Notes: a model not told the origin generated them from the letters alone. Shown: positions 7,906 to 18,220, counted from the first letter of the stretch. The stretch: DNA of 64,000 nt from Bacteroidaceae bacterium (GCA_963624045.1 CAVFNI010000006.1:6166-70165); one strand, 5' to 3'. Numbers and translations are program-made.

Positions 7906-9447
7906 ATGGAAAGAGAAATGATCGTCGTCCTCGATTTCGGAGGGCAATATAACGAATTAATCGCCAGGCGCGTGCGGGATTTATCCGTCTATAGCGAGGT
8001 CTGGCCCTATAACGTCCCTTTAACGAAATTAGAAGACCCACGTATAAAGGGGATCATCTTCACGGGCGGCCCGCGCAGCGTCTATGAAGAGGGCGCCCCC
8101 AGTGTCCATAAAGAAATCTTCGCCCTTGGCAAACCGATTCTAGGCATTTGCTATGGAGCGCAGGAAATGGCTTACCAACTAGGCGGAGAGGTCATTCCCT
8201 GCGAGAAAAAGGAATTCGGATTGACATCTATAAAGAATCTTTGCGCCTCTCCTTTGCTTAAGGATATCCCCCTCACCCATAACGTCTTCATGTCCCATGG
8301 CGACCATGTCGAGAGATTGCCTGATGGATTTAGTGTCATTGCCTCCAGCGAAACGACGAAAAACGCCGCTTTTGCGGACGAAAATAGAAAATTGTACGGT
8401 GTTCAATTCCATCCCGAAGTGGAACATTCCGTCTATGGGAAGCAAATTCTGGCCAATTTCGTCTATGATATCGCCAAATGCAATAAATCATGGCAAATGG
8501 AGGATTATATCAACGAAAGCATCGCCGCCATTCGTCGAAAAGTCGGCGATAATTACGTCCTATGCGCCCTCTCTGGCGGCGTCGATAGCGCAGTCACTGC
8601 CGCCCTTATCGATAAAGCTATCGGCGAGCATCTTATCTGCGTCTTCGTTGACCATGGCTTATTAAGGAAAGATGAAGCCGTCGAAGTTCGGAAGGTCTTT
8701 GGAAAAGAAGGGCGATTCGCATTAGATTTTCGCCCCGTGGACGCTTCCAAGATGTTTTTGAAAGCCCTTGAAGGCGTAAGCGAGCCCGAGGAAAAACGCA
8801 AAATCATCGGCAAAACCTTCATCGATGTTTTTGAAAAGGAAGAAAAGAAGATCACAAAACCCTGTTTTTTGGCCCAAGGAACGATCTACCCCGATCGCAT
8901 CGAATCGGGGCTAGGGATCTCGGCTAAAATCAAATCCCACCATAATGTCGGCGGCTTGCCAAAGAATATCGATTTTTTAGGATTAATAGAGCCTCTCGAC
9001 CATCTATTCAAAGACGAAGTGCGGCGTCTTGGCCTCTCTTTGGGGTTACCTTCTTCCTTGGTCAATCGGCAACCCTTTCCCGGCCCGGGGTTAGGAATTC
9101 GTATCATCGGCGAGGTAACCCCCGAAAAAATCAAAATCGTCCAAGAAGCCGACGCCATCTTCCGCGAGGAAATGGCCAAAGGTGCCTTTGATAAGAACGC
9201 TTCTCAATATTTTGCCGCCCTCTCCAACATGAAAAGCGTCGGGGTCAAAGGGGATTACCGAAGCTATGAATACGCCGTCGTGCTTAGGGCCGTCCAAACC
9301 GATGATTTCATGACCGCCTCGCCCATGGCCCTCCCTTATGACTTCCTAACGAGGGTAAGCGACCGAATCGTCAACGAAGTCGCCGGTGTCAACCGCGTCC
9401 TTTATGATTTCACGAGCAAGCCGCCCGCCACGATCGAATTAGAATGA
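7906..9447 (+). CDS. guaA: GMP synthase (glutamine-hydrolysing).
   Basis: GATase1 domain plus ATP pyrophosphatase PP-loop SGGVDS. Start set at MEREMIVVLDFGGQY. The ORF-track start at 7876 lies inside the upstream terminator. Confidence 0.93.
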   Translation: MEREMIVVLDFGGQYNELIARRVRDLSVYSEVWPYNVPLTKLEDPRIKGIIFTGGPRSVYEEGAPSVHKEIFALGKPILGICYGAQEMAYQLGGEVIPCEKKEFGLTSIKNLCASPLLKDIPLTHNVFMSHGDHVERLPDGFSVIASSETTKNAAFADENRKLYGVQFHPEVEHSVYGKQILANFVYDIAKCNKSWQMEDYINESIAAIRRKVGDNYVLCALSGGVDSAVTAALIDKAIGEHLICVFVDHGLLRKDEAVEVRKVFGKEGRFALDFRPVDASKMFLKALEGVSEPEEKRKIIGKTFIDVFEKEEKKITKPCFLAQGTIYPDRIESGLGISAKIKSHHNVGGLPKNIDFLGLIEPLDHLFKDEVRRLGLSLGLPSSLVNRQPFPGPGLGIRIIGEVTPEKIKIVQEADAIFREEMAKGAFDKNASQYFAALSNMKSVGVKGDYRSYEYAVVLRAVQTDDFMTASPMALPYDFLTRVSDRIVNEVAGVNRVLYDFTSKPPATIELE

Positions 9448-9450
9448 TGG

Positions 9451-10350
9451 TTATAAGGCGAAGGCCGCCACTATCACGATCCCGCCTAGCAATAGCAACA
9501 GGCCGAATGGCATCTTTTTGCTGAATTTCTCTTTGAGGACAAGAAAGAGAAAGAGCATCGTCAAAGCGATGGAGAATTTGCCAACGGAGGTTATGGTAAC
9601 GGCATTTGACCCCTCGTAATTGAAGGCGGCGTATCCTAAAAACCAACAAACCCCGGTCATCACCCCCGAAAGGGTGAGAAACAACCAATTCCTTTTCCCA
9701 ACCGTTTTTAATTTGGGAATCTCTTTCTTAGCCAAAACGATGGCCATGGCGAAAAGAAAAACGGCCGTTGCCCTTAGGAAGGTACCAGATGAACTAGAGG
9801 TACTACCAATCCCAACTTGACGAAGAAAGACAACAATGCGGCGAAGGTGGCACTCAAAACGGCGTAAATCATCCATTTGTTCCCGTCTTTGATGGCCACA
9901 TCCTTCTTTTCGATCATAAGTAACGTTCCGCCAAGCATAAGAACCATAGCCAAAAGCGACATCGAAATAGTCAAAGGATCTCCATTATGCGTCGTTTCGT
10001 CATAAAAAACGAGGAAGAGAATGCTAGAGAGGACGAAGCTCGATTTATCGATGGGGGCGACTTGACTAATGTTGCCTAGTTACAAAGCGCGGTAATAGCA
10101 AAGCCATGATACCCCCGTTGCTAAACCCGATAAGGACAAAAAGAGATGATTTTGTCATGTTAGTTCGGGAAAAAACGAAAAGCTGCTGGCAGAAAGGCAT
10201 TAAAAGAGCCGAGCAAAATAGCACGATAAGCGTGCGGTAAGCCGAAGCGAAATCACTATTGACATCCTTAATGCCTATTTTAGCCAGGATATTCGTAAGA
10301 CTCGTCGCTATGGCGGAGCTAATAGCCATCAATACCCAAAGCATCGCCAT
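9451..10350 (-). pseudogene. Disrupted DMT/EamA-family transporter gene, split into three ORF fragments by frameshifts and stops.
   Basis: Three minus-strand ORFs (10350-10066, 9974-9774, 9876-9451) each encode hydrophobic EamA-like segments. The frame switches A-B-A with an in-frame stop at 10066. Confidence 0.55.
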
Positions 10351-10442
10351 AACTATATTCCCCTAGGAGAGAGCAAGAGGTCATTATTTCTTCTAGAGGA
10401 GAGAACGCTTATAGTTATCTAAGAACACGCGGGAGGAAGATT

Positions 10443-12023
10443 ATGTCGAAGCCAACGGTCGTTATCATCGGTGCCGGACCCGCCGGTTTAAGCGCCGCCT
10501 ATGAATTATCGAAGAACGGCGATTATGAAATCGTGGTCTTAGAAAGCGAGGAGCATGTCGGCGGCATTTCGCGAACGGCTTCTTATAAAGGCAACCGCAT
10601 GGATATCGGCGGCCACCGCTTCTTTAGCAAAAGCGAGCGAATCAACGCCTTATGGGAAGAGCTTATGCCCACCCAAGGTGCTCCCGCGCTCGACGATATC
10701 GCCTTGAAACGGGAAAAGAAATGGGCGATAGGTGGCCCCGATCCCGAAAAAAGCGATAACGTGATGCTTATAAGAGGACGCGTTTCCCGTATCTACTTCT
10801 TGAAGAAATTCTTCGATTATCCTATTTCCCTTAAACTACAAACCTTTGTCAATATGGGCCTTTGGCGCACTATCCGCTGCGGCTTTGGGTATTTGGGGAG
10901 CAGTTTGCATAAACGAAAAGAAGATTCGTTAGAGGATTTCTACATCAATCGTTTTGGCAAGCCCCTCTACCAACTATTCTTCGAAGATTATACCGAAAAG
11001 CTTTGGGGCGTCTCCCCGAAGGAACTCTCACCCGATTGGGGAGCCCAAAGAGTCAAGGGGCTATCCTTATGGAAGGCTTTGGGGTCCGCCCTTAGCAAAC
11101 CCTTCAAGAAAAAACCAAAAGATGTGGAAACCACCCTTATCGAGGAATTCAAATACCCCAAATACGGACCAGGGGAATTATACGAAAGAATGCGCGATAT
11201 CCTCGTCGAAAGAGGCGTCAAATTCTTCTATGGCAAACAAGTCTCCAAGATCGAATTAAACGAACAAGGCGCGATAACCGCCGTGATTTCCGCGGATAAC
11301 GAAAGATTCGTTGGCGATTATTTCCTTTCAAGCATGCCGATCAAAGACCTTTTCTTGGCCATCGGCGAGGAAAAAATGAGCAAAGAAGCCTTTAAGGCGG
11401 CCTCTACTTTGCCTTACCGCGACTTCATTACCGTCGGAATATTGTTAAACCGCCTAGCCATCAAAAACAAAACGAAGATCAAAACCCTCAATGATTTGGT
11501 GCCCGACAATTGGATTTACGTCCAAGAGAGATCGGTCAAGATGGGACGCATCCAAATCTTCAATAACTGGTCCCCATATATGGTCGCCGATCCCTTCCAT
11601 CAGGTTTGGATGGGACTAGAATATTTCGCCAGCGAAGGCGACGCGCTTTGGGAGATGGATCAAGATGATTTCATCGCCATGGCCGTAAACGAATTGCTTT
11701 CCATGGGCTTAATAGCCTCCAAAGAGGATGTGCTAGACGCCACGATGATCAAAGTGAAGAAAGCCTATCCCGCTTATTTTGGCTCCTATCAGGACTTCCC
11801 TAAGGTGCGCAAGGAATTAGATAAGATAAATAACCTATATTGCATCGGAAGGAATGGGCAACACCGTTATAACAACATGGACCATTCGATGCTGACTGGC
11901 CTTATTGCCGCCGATAACATCATTAATGGCATTGCCGACAAGAATAACATTTGGTCGGTCAACACCGAAAGCGATTATCACGAAGAAAAAAATGAAGATA
12001 ATCGGCCAACCCAATCCAAATAA
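10443..12023 (+). CDS. NAD(P)/FAD-dependent oxidoreductase of the amine-oxidase/phytoene-desaturase-like superfamily.
   Basis: N-terminal Rossmann dinucleotide motif VVIIGAGPAGLSAAYEL...VLES. 526 aa. Confidence 0.75.
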   Translation: MSKPTVVIIGAGPAGLSAAYELSKNGDYEIVVLESEEHVGGISRTASYKGNRMDIGGHRFFSKSERINALWEELMPTQGAPALDDIALKREKKWAIGGPDPEKSDNVMLIRGRVSRIYFLKKFFDYPISLKLQTFVNMGLWRTIRCGFGYLGSSLHKRKEDSLEDFYINRFGKPLYQLFFEDYTEKLWGVSPKELSPDWGAQRVKGLSLWKALGSALSKPFKKKPKDVETTLIEEFKYPKYGPGELYERMRDILVERGVKFFYGKQVSKIELNEQGAITAVISADNERFVGDYFLSSMPIKDLFLAIGEEKMSKEAFKAASTLPYRDFITVGILLNRLAIKNKTKIKTLNDLVPDNWIYVQERSVKMGRIQIFNNWSPYMVADPFHQVWMGLEYFASEGDALWEMDQDDFIAMAVNELLSMGLIASKEDVLDATMIKVKKAYPAYFGSYQDFPKVRKELDKINNLYCIGRNGQHRYNNMDHSMLTGLIAADNIINGIADKNNIWSVNTESDYHEEKNEDNRPTQSK

Positions 12024-12068
12024 CGCGGATTTGCTAATGATTTTACGAAATTCGTTAAATTTTACCGT

Positions 12069-13976
12069 TTGCTTATGAAACTAAAGATAAAGAAGCTAAT
12101 CGCCTCGATATCCACTTTGCTATTAGCGGTAGCAAGCGTTTTAATCACCTGCTTCGCCTTGATTAATAGCGATGTCAATATGAATAGCAAACAAGGCCTG
12201 CCCGACCTAAAAGGCGGCATCATCGATTTTAACGGCTACAACATCGGCGAGAAATACGTGAAGCAACATATGAAGGGAGAATACGAATTCTTCTATAAGA
12301 AGTGGATTGTCGAGGATAATTACCTCGGCGAACCCGATGCGAAAGTAAATGTCCCCCACCATTACCAAGACACCGTTATCGACGGGCAAAGGCTTCCTAA
12401 TGACGGCCATTCCTCTTATCGCGTATATATAAAAGGGTTGCCCGTCGGCACGAAAGTATGGTTCATTAACAACAATTTCGTCGGAGGGTTTTACGCTTAT
12501 ATAAATAAGGGATTGGTCGTCAAATACGGGACTAGAGAAAAAACGGGCAATTGCCTAAGTAACGGCGGCGATGACATGACGAAGGAATACGTCGTTCAAG
12601 ACGAGAGTCCATTGGAAGTTGTTTTCGAGGTTTCTTCCTCCTTCCAAGGCGGCCTAACTTCCCCGGCAAGGCTCGTCATCAACACCTTGGGGAGGAACCC
12701 GACCTCCCAATATCTGACCAATAATATCGGCTTCGTGATTTTAGGAATCGTCCTTTCTCTTCTCATCATCTCCTTCGTCGTGAATATCAACGTCTCGCGC
12801 AAGGATTTCTCTTTCGCCATCCTGATGGGGCTTATTTCCATTATGGTTTTCTTCTCAATCGACGTCTATTGGCGCATCCTTTCCATCGTCAAGCTAAATA
12901 CCTATAACCCCATCATCTTTATTACCCTGCTTATCTCAATATCTTTGGCCTTCGCCCTCTATTTTCATTTGGCCAAATCGCACAAAATCCAAGGAAACAA
13001 ATTTTATTGGATAGCCTTCTCCATCATCTCTTCCTTATCGATCGCTCTTTATTTCATCTTGATGGGTAGTTTCATGCAAGTGGTTCCCCTGATGCTATCC
13101 TTGCTTAATTTCTTAGTGCTGATGCCGCCATTGGCAAGCGGCATCTTCGAAGGGAAGAAAGTAAACATTGCCTTCCTTTTCATCATCTTTTGCTTATTGA
13201 CGTATTTTTCCATCACCTTCTTCGATCTCGAAAACATCATGATCGCCGGAACCGAGCAGGCCATTTCCTATGTTCTCTTGCCTTTGATTATCACAATTAT
13301 CGTCCTCTATCGTCTTTTTAGCGTCTCCCGCACCAAGAAATACATCAAGGCCATCGAAAAGGAAAAGGAAGCCGAACGCTTAAAAGCGGACGCTCTAAAA
13401 GAACAAATCAAACCCCATTTTGTCTTCAATTGCCTCACTAGCATCCAAAGCGCTTATAAAGAAAACACCGATAAAGGGGAGAAAATGATCACCATGTTTT
13501 CCAAACACCTTAGAAACAACCTTCAATCTTCCTCCTATGACCTCGTTCCTTTCGAAACCGAATTATCCAATATTCTTAATTACGTCAAATTAGAGAACGC
13601 CAGAAAGGAAAAGGAGATAGAGCTTTTGCTCGATTTAGAGGAAACAAATTTCTCTTTGCCTCCCTTAAGCTTAGAGCCTTTCGTCGAAAATGCCGTCAAG
13701 CATTCGCAAATCGAGACAAAAGAAGACGGATATATCGAATTATCCACTCATAAAGACGAAAGGCATATAATCATAACCATCGTCGATAACGGCGTAGGCT
13801 TCGATACGAAAAAAATAAGCAGCTCGTCGGTGGGCTTATCCAACGCCAAAGAGCGCTTAACCTTGATTTTGGGCGCCAAAACGAGAATCGAATCGGAAAT
13901 CGGCAAGGGAACCAAGATTCGTATATCCATCCCTTTCCCTAAACAGGAGGAAGCAAATGAACGCAATTGTAATTGA
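12069..13976 (+). CDS. Sensor histidine kinase, 7TMR-DISM type with a LytS/YehU-family kinase core.
   Basis: Signal anchor, then an extracytoplasmic domain of about 180 aa and a 7-TM block. The His_kinase (PF06580-like) H-box is KPHFVFNCLTSIQS, followed by a HATPase_c domain (DNGVGF). Confidence 0.85.
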   Translation: MLMKLKIKKLIASISTLLLAVASVLITCFALINSDVNMNSKQGLPDLKGGIIDFNGYNIGEKYVKQHMKGEYEFFYKKWIVEDNYLGEPDAKVNVPHHYQDTVIDGQRLPNDGHSSYRVYIKGLPVGTKVWFINNNFVGGFYAYINKGLVVKYGTREKTGNCLSNGGDDMTKEYVVQDESPLEVVFEVSSSFQGGLTSPARLVINTLGRNPTSQYLTNNIGFVILGIVLSLLIISFVVNINVSRKDFSFAILMGLISIMVFFSIDVYWRILSIVKLNTYNPIIFITLLISISLAFALYFHLAKSHKIQGNKFYWIAFSIISSLSIALYFILMGSFMQVVPLMLSLLNFLVLMPPLASGIFEGKKVNIAFLFIIFCLLTYFSITFFDLENIMIAGTEQAISYVLLPLIITIIVLYRLFSVSRTKKYIKAIEKEKEAERLKADALKEQIKPHFVFNCLTSIQSAYKENTDKGEKMITMFSKHLRNNLQSSSYDLVPFETELSNILNYVKLENARKEKEIELLLDLEETNFSLPPLSLEPFVENAVKHSQIETKEDGYIELSTHKDERHIIITIVDNGVGFDTKKISSSSVGLSNAKERLTLILGAKTRIESEIGKGTKIRISIPFPKQEEANERNCN

Positions 13977-14736
13977 TGACGAAAAAGAATCCCTTTTGCT
14001 ATTCGCCTCCCATCTCATCGACGTCCCTAACATCAGCCTCAACATCTTCTCATCGAAATGCGAAGAAGCCCTTTCTTATACCCGTAATAACCATGTTGAT
14101 GCCGCGTTCTTAGATATCGTTATGCCTAAGAATAACGGCATCGATATCGCCGAGGAACTAATCAAAATAAACCCTCATATCAAAATCATCTTCATCACGG
14201 GATATGCCCAAGACGTCGAGCGAATCAAAAGGAGATTGGGCAGGAATTTCTTTGATTTCTGCTATAAGCCATATGACGAAGAGACGATTAAAGGGATTTT
14301 GGTAAGACTCCTTAATGAAGAGAGAATCCGTGTTCGTTTTGTATCCTTCCCTCGCTTCGACGTCTATGTGAATGATGTCTTGCTCGATTTCGAAAGAACA
14401 AAAGCCAAGGAATTATTAGCTTTGCTCGTCGATCATCATGGAGGCGAGGTCAGTATGGAAGAGGCCATCACCAAATTATGGATCGACAAAAAGACGGATT
14501 TGGCCAAAAGGCTATATCGCGACGCCGTCAGCCGCCTCAAAATGAAATTGAGGCAATATGGCATCGAACACATCGTGACTTTCAACCGCGCGCGGGCTTT
14601 TTTAAACCTTAATGGCCTCTCTTGCGACTATTGGGATTATCTAAACAAGAAAAACACCGCCTTCCATGGCGAATACATGAGGCCCTATGAATGGGCCATT
14701 GAAACGGAAGAGAGACTCGTTTGCGAAATGGAATAA
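13957..14736 (+). CDS. DNA-binding response regulator (receiver domain plus SARP/OmpR-like winged helix).
   Basis: Receiver DD...D(FLDIVMP)...K. The C-terminal region FPRFDVYVNDVLLDFERTKAKELLALLVDHHGGEVSMEEAITKLW resembles the winged HTH of the SARP/BTAD/trans_reg_C family. It overlaps the kinase gene by 20 nt. Confidence 0.8.
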   Translation: MNAIVIDDEKESLLLFASHLIDVPNISLNIFSSKCEEALSYTRNNHVDAAFLDIVMPKNNGIDIAEELIKINPHIKIIFITGYAQDVERIKRRLGRNFFDFCYKPYDEETIKGILVRLLNEERIRVRFVSFPRFDVYVNDVLLDFERTKAKELLALLVDHHGGEVSMEEAITKLWIDKKTDLAKRLYRDAVSRLKMKLRQYGIEHIVTFNRARAFLNLNGLSCDYWDYLNKKNTAFHGEYMRPYEWAIETEERLVCEME

Positions 14737-14807
14737 AATAACCCCCTTCCGTTGGCTCTTTGTTGGCGCTTCATTTTATATACTCTCCGATAAGGTGGTT
14801 TTTACAT

Positions 14808-17138
14808 ATGAAAAAAGAAGCGTCAGCTAAGAAAAACAGGGGAATCCGCTACATCTGGATCCTTATAACGACGATTTTGTTAGTCGGAATAGCGTCGATG
14901 GCATTTGACAGAATATTGTTTTCAAATCAAACATATGCCTCAGCGACAGCCAACGTTTTCCTCATGACCTTGTTCGCCGGCTCCGTGACGGCTGCGGGCC
15001 CTCTCTTATTCATAAGACTGGTTACATGTTTCATAAGGAAAGACCGCGGAGTGCTCATCAAAAACCGCATTAGTTTGATTGTGGGCGACATCGCTATCTT
15101 CATCATTCTTCCGACATATGCCTATGTTTTTTATCAAACAATGGCCAAAAGGTGCGTGGAAGAGGGGGATTGCACGATGGGCTACACCGTCGCCGGGGAA
15201 GGGTTCTTGCATCTTTTTAGTGGCCAAAACGACTGGATCATCTATCTCTCCATAGCCTTAGCGGCCGCTTTAATCGTCGTTTGCATCTTGATGAACGTTC
15301 TTCATATCGTCAAAACCAAGCCAGTTCGTCTCGTCATCAAAGAAGAAAAGAGAATCGCCAAAGAGAAAAAAGACGCCATAAAAGAAGAAAAAAGAGCCGA
15401 AGCAGAGCGGCAGGCCACCATTTTAAAAGCCAAGAAAGACGAAGAAAGAAGAGTGCAAGAAGAAAAGGCTTTAGAAGAAAAGAAAGCCAAAGAAGAAGCT
15501 AAACGCCTCGAAAAAGAAAAACGAGAGAAGGAAGCGGAGGAGAAAGCCTTGGCGAAACAAGAGGCCGAGCAAAAGAGTCTTTCGCAAAAACAAGAAAAAC
15601 AAAAAGCGATGGCCGCCGAAAGAAAACCAAGCGACAAGCTGACCGTCACGAAAAAAGAAGAAATCCCCAGCAAAAACGCTACGGAACCAATCACCGTACC
15701 TCCCAAAAAGAAAGAACTTACGCCAGAAGAAACAAGAAAAACCGTGTATAGGTTCTTCTCGTTTTATTTCATCCTTTTAATGATCTACGAATTCCTTTTC
15801 CTTCCTTATTTCTCTGACGAACCTGAATTCGGGCTCTTAACACTTATGCTCGGCGCCATCGGTCTTATCGTGAACATCGTCTTCATGATTATGGCTTATA
15901 TGAATCCTAAGAAAATCCGACTCGCTTTCAAAGAACTGGCCATCAATTTCGCCGTCTCGCAGTTCATCTCATTATTGTTATCTTTCGTCTTTTCTCCCCG
16001 CCACTACGATTATTATGATTACTATGGGGGGAGGATCGATTCCACTCCGTTATTATTCGTCTTCCCATCGCTTCTACTCATCGCGGAAATTGTTCTGCTG
16101 ATTCTATTTAGAAAAAAGACAAAGGAAACGAACCTTATCAATATCGGCATGCTGGCGTTGCCTATTCTCTTTAACTTTGTTGTGGCCACCTCTTGCCTTT
16201 GCGAAGCCCCGTGCCTTTTCTTCTTTTTATATAATAACCCCAACGAGGCAAAGATCGTTTCAATCGTCTGCATCGTTTTCGGGGTCATCGCCCTCCTCTT
16301 CTTCGGATTAGGTGCCAAAGGCCTTTATCAATCCTTAGAATTATCCATTACATGCCCTCAAAAAGTTCGTTTGAGCGACGAGGAGAAACTCGCCGCCTTA
16401 AAGACGGAATTAGAGGAAGCCAACAAAAACGGCGATGTAGAAAAAGCAAGCAGAATCAACAAGAAGATCGCCGAATTATCGCAAACGGCCAAGCCGATTT
16501 CCTTCGAAGGGGAATCCAAATTCGATGGCGGTTTGCTGCAATTGATCGGCTGGAGGATCTTAGGCGCCTTAGTCACCGGCATCACCTTCGGCATCGGCTA
16601 TCCGTGGTCGGTCTGCTTTGTCGAAAGGTGGGTGACCAAACACACCACCATCAATGGACGTCGACTTAAGTTCAATGGCAAGGGCATTCAATTGTTCGGC
16701 AAATATATCATCTGGCTCTTGCTTACGCTAATCACCTTCGGCATCTATTCCTTCTGGCTCGTCATCAAAATGAAGAAATGGGTCATCTCTCACACCAATT
16801 TCGCCGATGCCTCGCCCGAGGAAGAAAGCGTCAAATCCAAATTCGATGGCCGCTTATTGCAACTCATAGGATATAACATCCTCGGTTTCCTTATTACCAT
16901 CTTTACCTTAGGCATCGGCTATCCTTGGGCCGAATGTCTCGTCGTCAATTGGGAAAGCAAACACACCATTATCAATGGCAAACGGGAAGCTTTCGATGGC
17001 AAGGGCATTCAATTGTTCGGCAAATATATAATCTGGCTCTTGCTTACGCTAATCACCTTCGGCATCTACGCCTTCTGGCTGTCGATAAAGATGAGAAAAT
17101 GGGTCACCTCCCATACGCATTTCTACGAAGAAAAATAA
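14808..17138 (+). CDS. Large polytopic membrane protein with an N-terminal TM block, a K/E-rich low-complexity linker, a second TM block and two tandem DUF898 (YjgN-like) repeats.
   Basis: Start at AAGGTGG-N9-ATG (MKKEASAKK). The C-terminal repeats contain GIGYPW...KHTxING...GKGIQLFGKYIIWLLLTLITFGIY.FW twice, matching the DUF898 signature (GIYYPW / NTxLEG). Confidence 0.7.
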   Translation: MKKEASAKKNRGIRYIWILITTILLVGIASMAFDRILFSNQTYASATANVFLMTLFAGSVTAAGPLLFIRLVTCFIRKDRGVLIKNRISLIVGDIAIFIILPTYAYVFYQTMAKRCVEEGDCTMGYTVAGEGFLHLFSGQNDWIIYLSIALAAALIVVCILMNVLHIVKTKPVRLVIKEEKRIAKEKKDAIKEEKRAEAERQATILKAKKDEERRVQEEKALEEKKAKEEAKRLEKEKREKEAEEKALAKQEAEQKSLSQKQEKQKAMAAERKPSDKLTVTKKEEIPSKNATEPITVPPKKKELTPEETRKTVYRFFSFYFILLMIYEFLFLPYFSDEPEFGLLTLMLGAIGLIVNIVFMIMAYMNPKKIRLAFKELAINFAVSQFISLLLSFVFSPRHYDYYDYYGGRIDSTPLLFVFPSLLLIAEIVLLILFRKKTKETNLINIGMLALPILFNFVVATSCLCEAPCLFFFLYNNPNEAKIVSIVCIVFGVIALLFFGLGAKGLYQSLELSITCPQKVRLSDEEKLAALKTELEEANKNGDVEKASRINKKIAELSQTAKPISFEGESKFDGGLLQLIGWRILGALVTGITFGIGYPWSVCFVERWVTKHTTINGRRLKFNGKGIQLFGKYIIWLLLTLITFGIYSFWLVIKMKKWVISHTNFADASPEEESVKSKFDGRLLQLIGYNILGFLITIFTLGIGYPWAECLVVNWESKHTIINGKREAFDGKGIQLFGKYIIWLLLTLITFGIYAFWLSIKMRKWVTSHTHFYEEK
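16677..16747 (+). repeat. Intragenic near-identical 71-bp direct repeat, copy 1 (DUF898 repeat unit).
   Basis: ggcaagggcattcaattgttcggcaaatatatCatctggctcttgcttacgctaatcaccttcggcatcta recurs at 16998-17068 with a single mismatch. Confidence 0.8.
16998..17068 (+). repeat. Intragenic near-identical 71-bp direct repeat, copy 2.
   Basis: Same sequence as the 16677-16747 copy, one mismatch. Confidence 0.8.
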
Positions 17139-17158
17139 AGAAATCCATCTTCCTTTCA

Positions 17159-17186
17159 AAGCCTTCTCACCTTAGAAGGCTTTTTG
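17159..17186 (+). terminator. Intrinsic terminator after the DUF898 gene.
   Basis: AAGCCTTCT-cacctt-AGAAGGCTT followed by TTT. Confidence 0.75.
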
Positions 17187-17318
17187 ATTGGCCAAAGCCT
17201 CTTTCGTCCTATCGTTTCTATAAAATCCTTCATCGTCCCCATTCGTATGAAAATCCCTTTAAGCGTGCGCGCGAAAAGCCTAAAATAGAGCCACCGAACT
17301 AGGAGGTTTGGAAAGAAT

Positions 17319-18206
17319 ATGTTAGTAAACGCAACGAGGATGTTAAAAATCGCCCACGAGAATCATTACGCGGTCGGACAATTTAACATCAACAACCTAG
17401 AATGGACGAAAGCCATTCTTTTGACGGCCCAAGAGCTTAATTCGCCGGTTATTTTGGGCGTAAGCGAGGGAGCAGCCAAATATATGGGCGGCTTCAAAGT
17501 CGTCGCCGCCATGGTCAAAGCCATGGATGAGAGCCTTAATATCAGCGTGCCAGTCGTCTTACATCTCGATCATGGCACTTACGAAGGTGCTAAAGCTTGC
17601 ATCGCGGCCGGATTTACTTCGATTATGTTCGACGGCTCGCATTTCCCTTTCGAAGAAAACATCAAGAAAACCAAAGAATTGGTCGCCTTGGCTCACGACA
17701 AAGGCCTATCCATTGAAGCGGAAGTTGGCGCTATCGGGGGGACCGAGGACGGCGTGACGGCCGATGGCGAGGTCGCCGATCCCGAAGAATGCAAAAAGAT
17801 CGTCGCTTTAGGCGTCGATTTCTTAGCGGCCGGCATTGGCAATATCCACGGCATCTACCCCACCGATTGGAAAGGACTTCATTTCGACGCCCTCGAGGCT
17901 ATCTCCAAAGCCACGGACGGGATCCCTCTCGTCCTTCATGGCGGCACGGGCATCCCCGATGATCAAATCAAACACGCCATTCACGATGGCATGAGCAAAA
18001 TCAACGTCAACACCGATTGCCAACTTGTCTTCGCTCAAGCCACCATCGATTATTGCGCGGCCGGAAAAGCCTCTCCCACTGCCGATAACGAATCCAAAGG
18101 CTATGATCCTCGCAAGCTTCTTAAGCCCGGATTCCTCGCCATCCAAGCGAAGGTCAAAGAAAAGATGGAACTCTTCGGTTCCATCGGCAAAGCCGATCTC
18201 GACTAA
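17319..18206 (+). CDS. fba: Fructose-bisphosphate aldolase, class II.
   Basis: 295 aa with class II FBA metal and substrate motifs (HLDHG, GxHG). RBS AGGAGG. Confidence 0.93.
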   Translation: MLVNATRMLKIAHENHYAVGQFNINNLEWTKAILLTAQELNSPVILGVSEGAAKYMGGFKVVAAMVKAMDESLNISVPVVLHLDHGTYEGAKACIAAGFTSIMFDGSHFPFEENIKKTKELVALAHDKGLSIEAEVGAIGGTEDGVTADGEVADPEECKKIVALGVDFLAAGIGNIHGIYPTDWKGLHFDALEAISKATDGIPLVLHGGTGIPDDQIKHAIHDGMSKINVNTDCQLVFAQATIDYCAAGKASPTADNESKGYDPRKLLKPGFLAIQAKVKEKMELFGSIGKADLD

Positions 18207-18220
18207 ATTACCATTCCAAA

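Noticed and set aside
15281-15706. ORFs 15281-15502(+), 15302-15706(-) and 15006-15227(-) encoding Arg/Ser-rich peptides.
   Set aside because: They are alternative-frame or antisense readings of the purine-rich K/E low-complexity tract inside the 792-aa gene.
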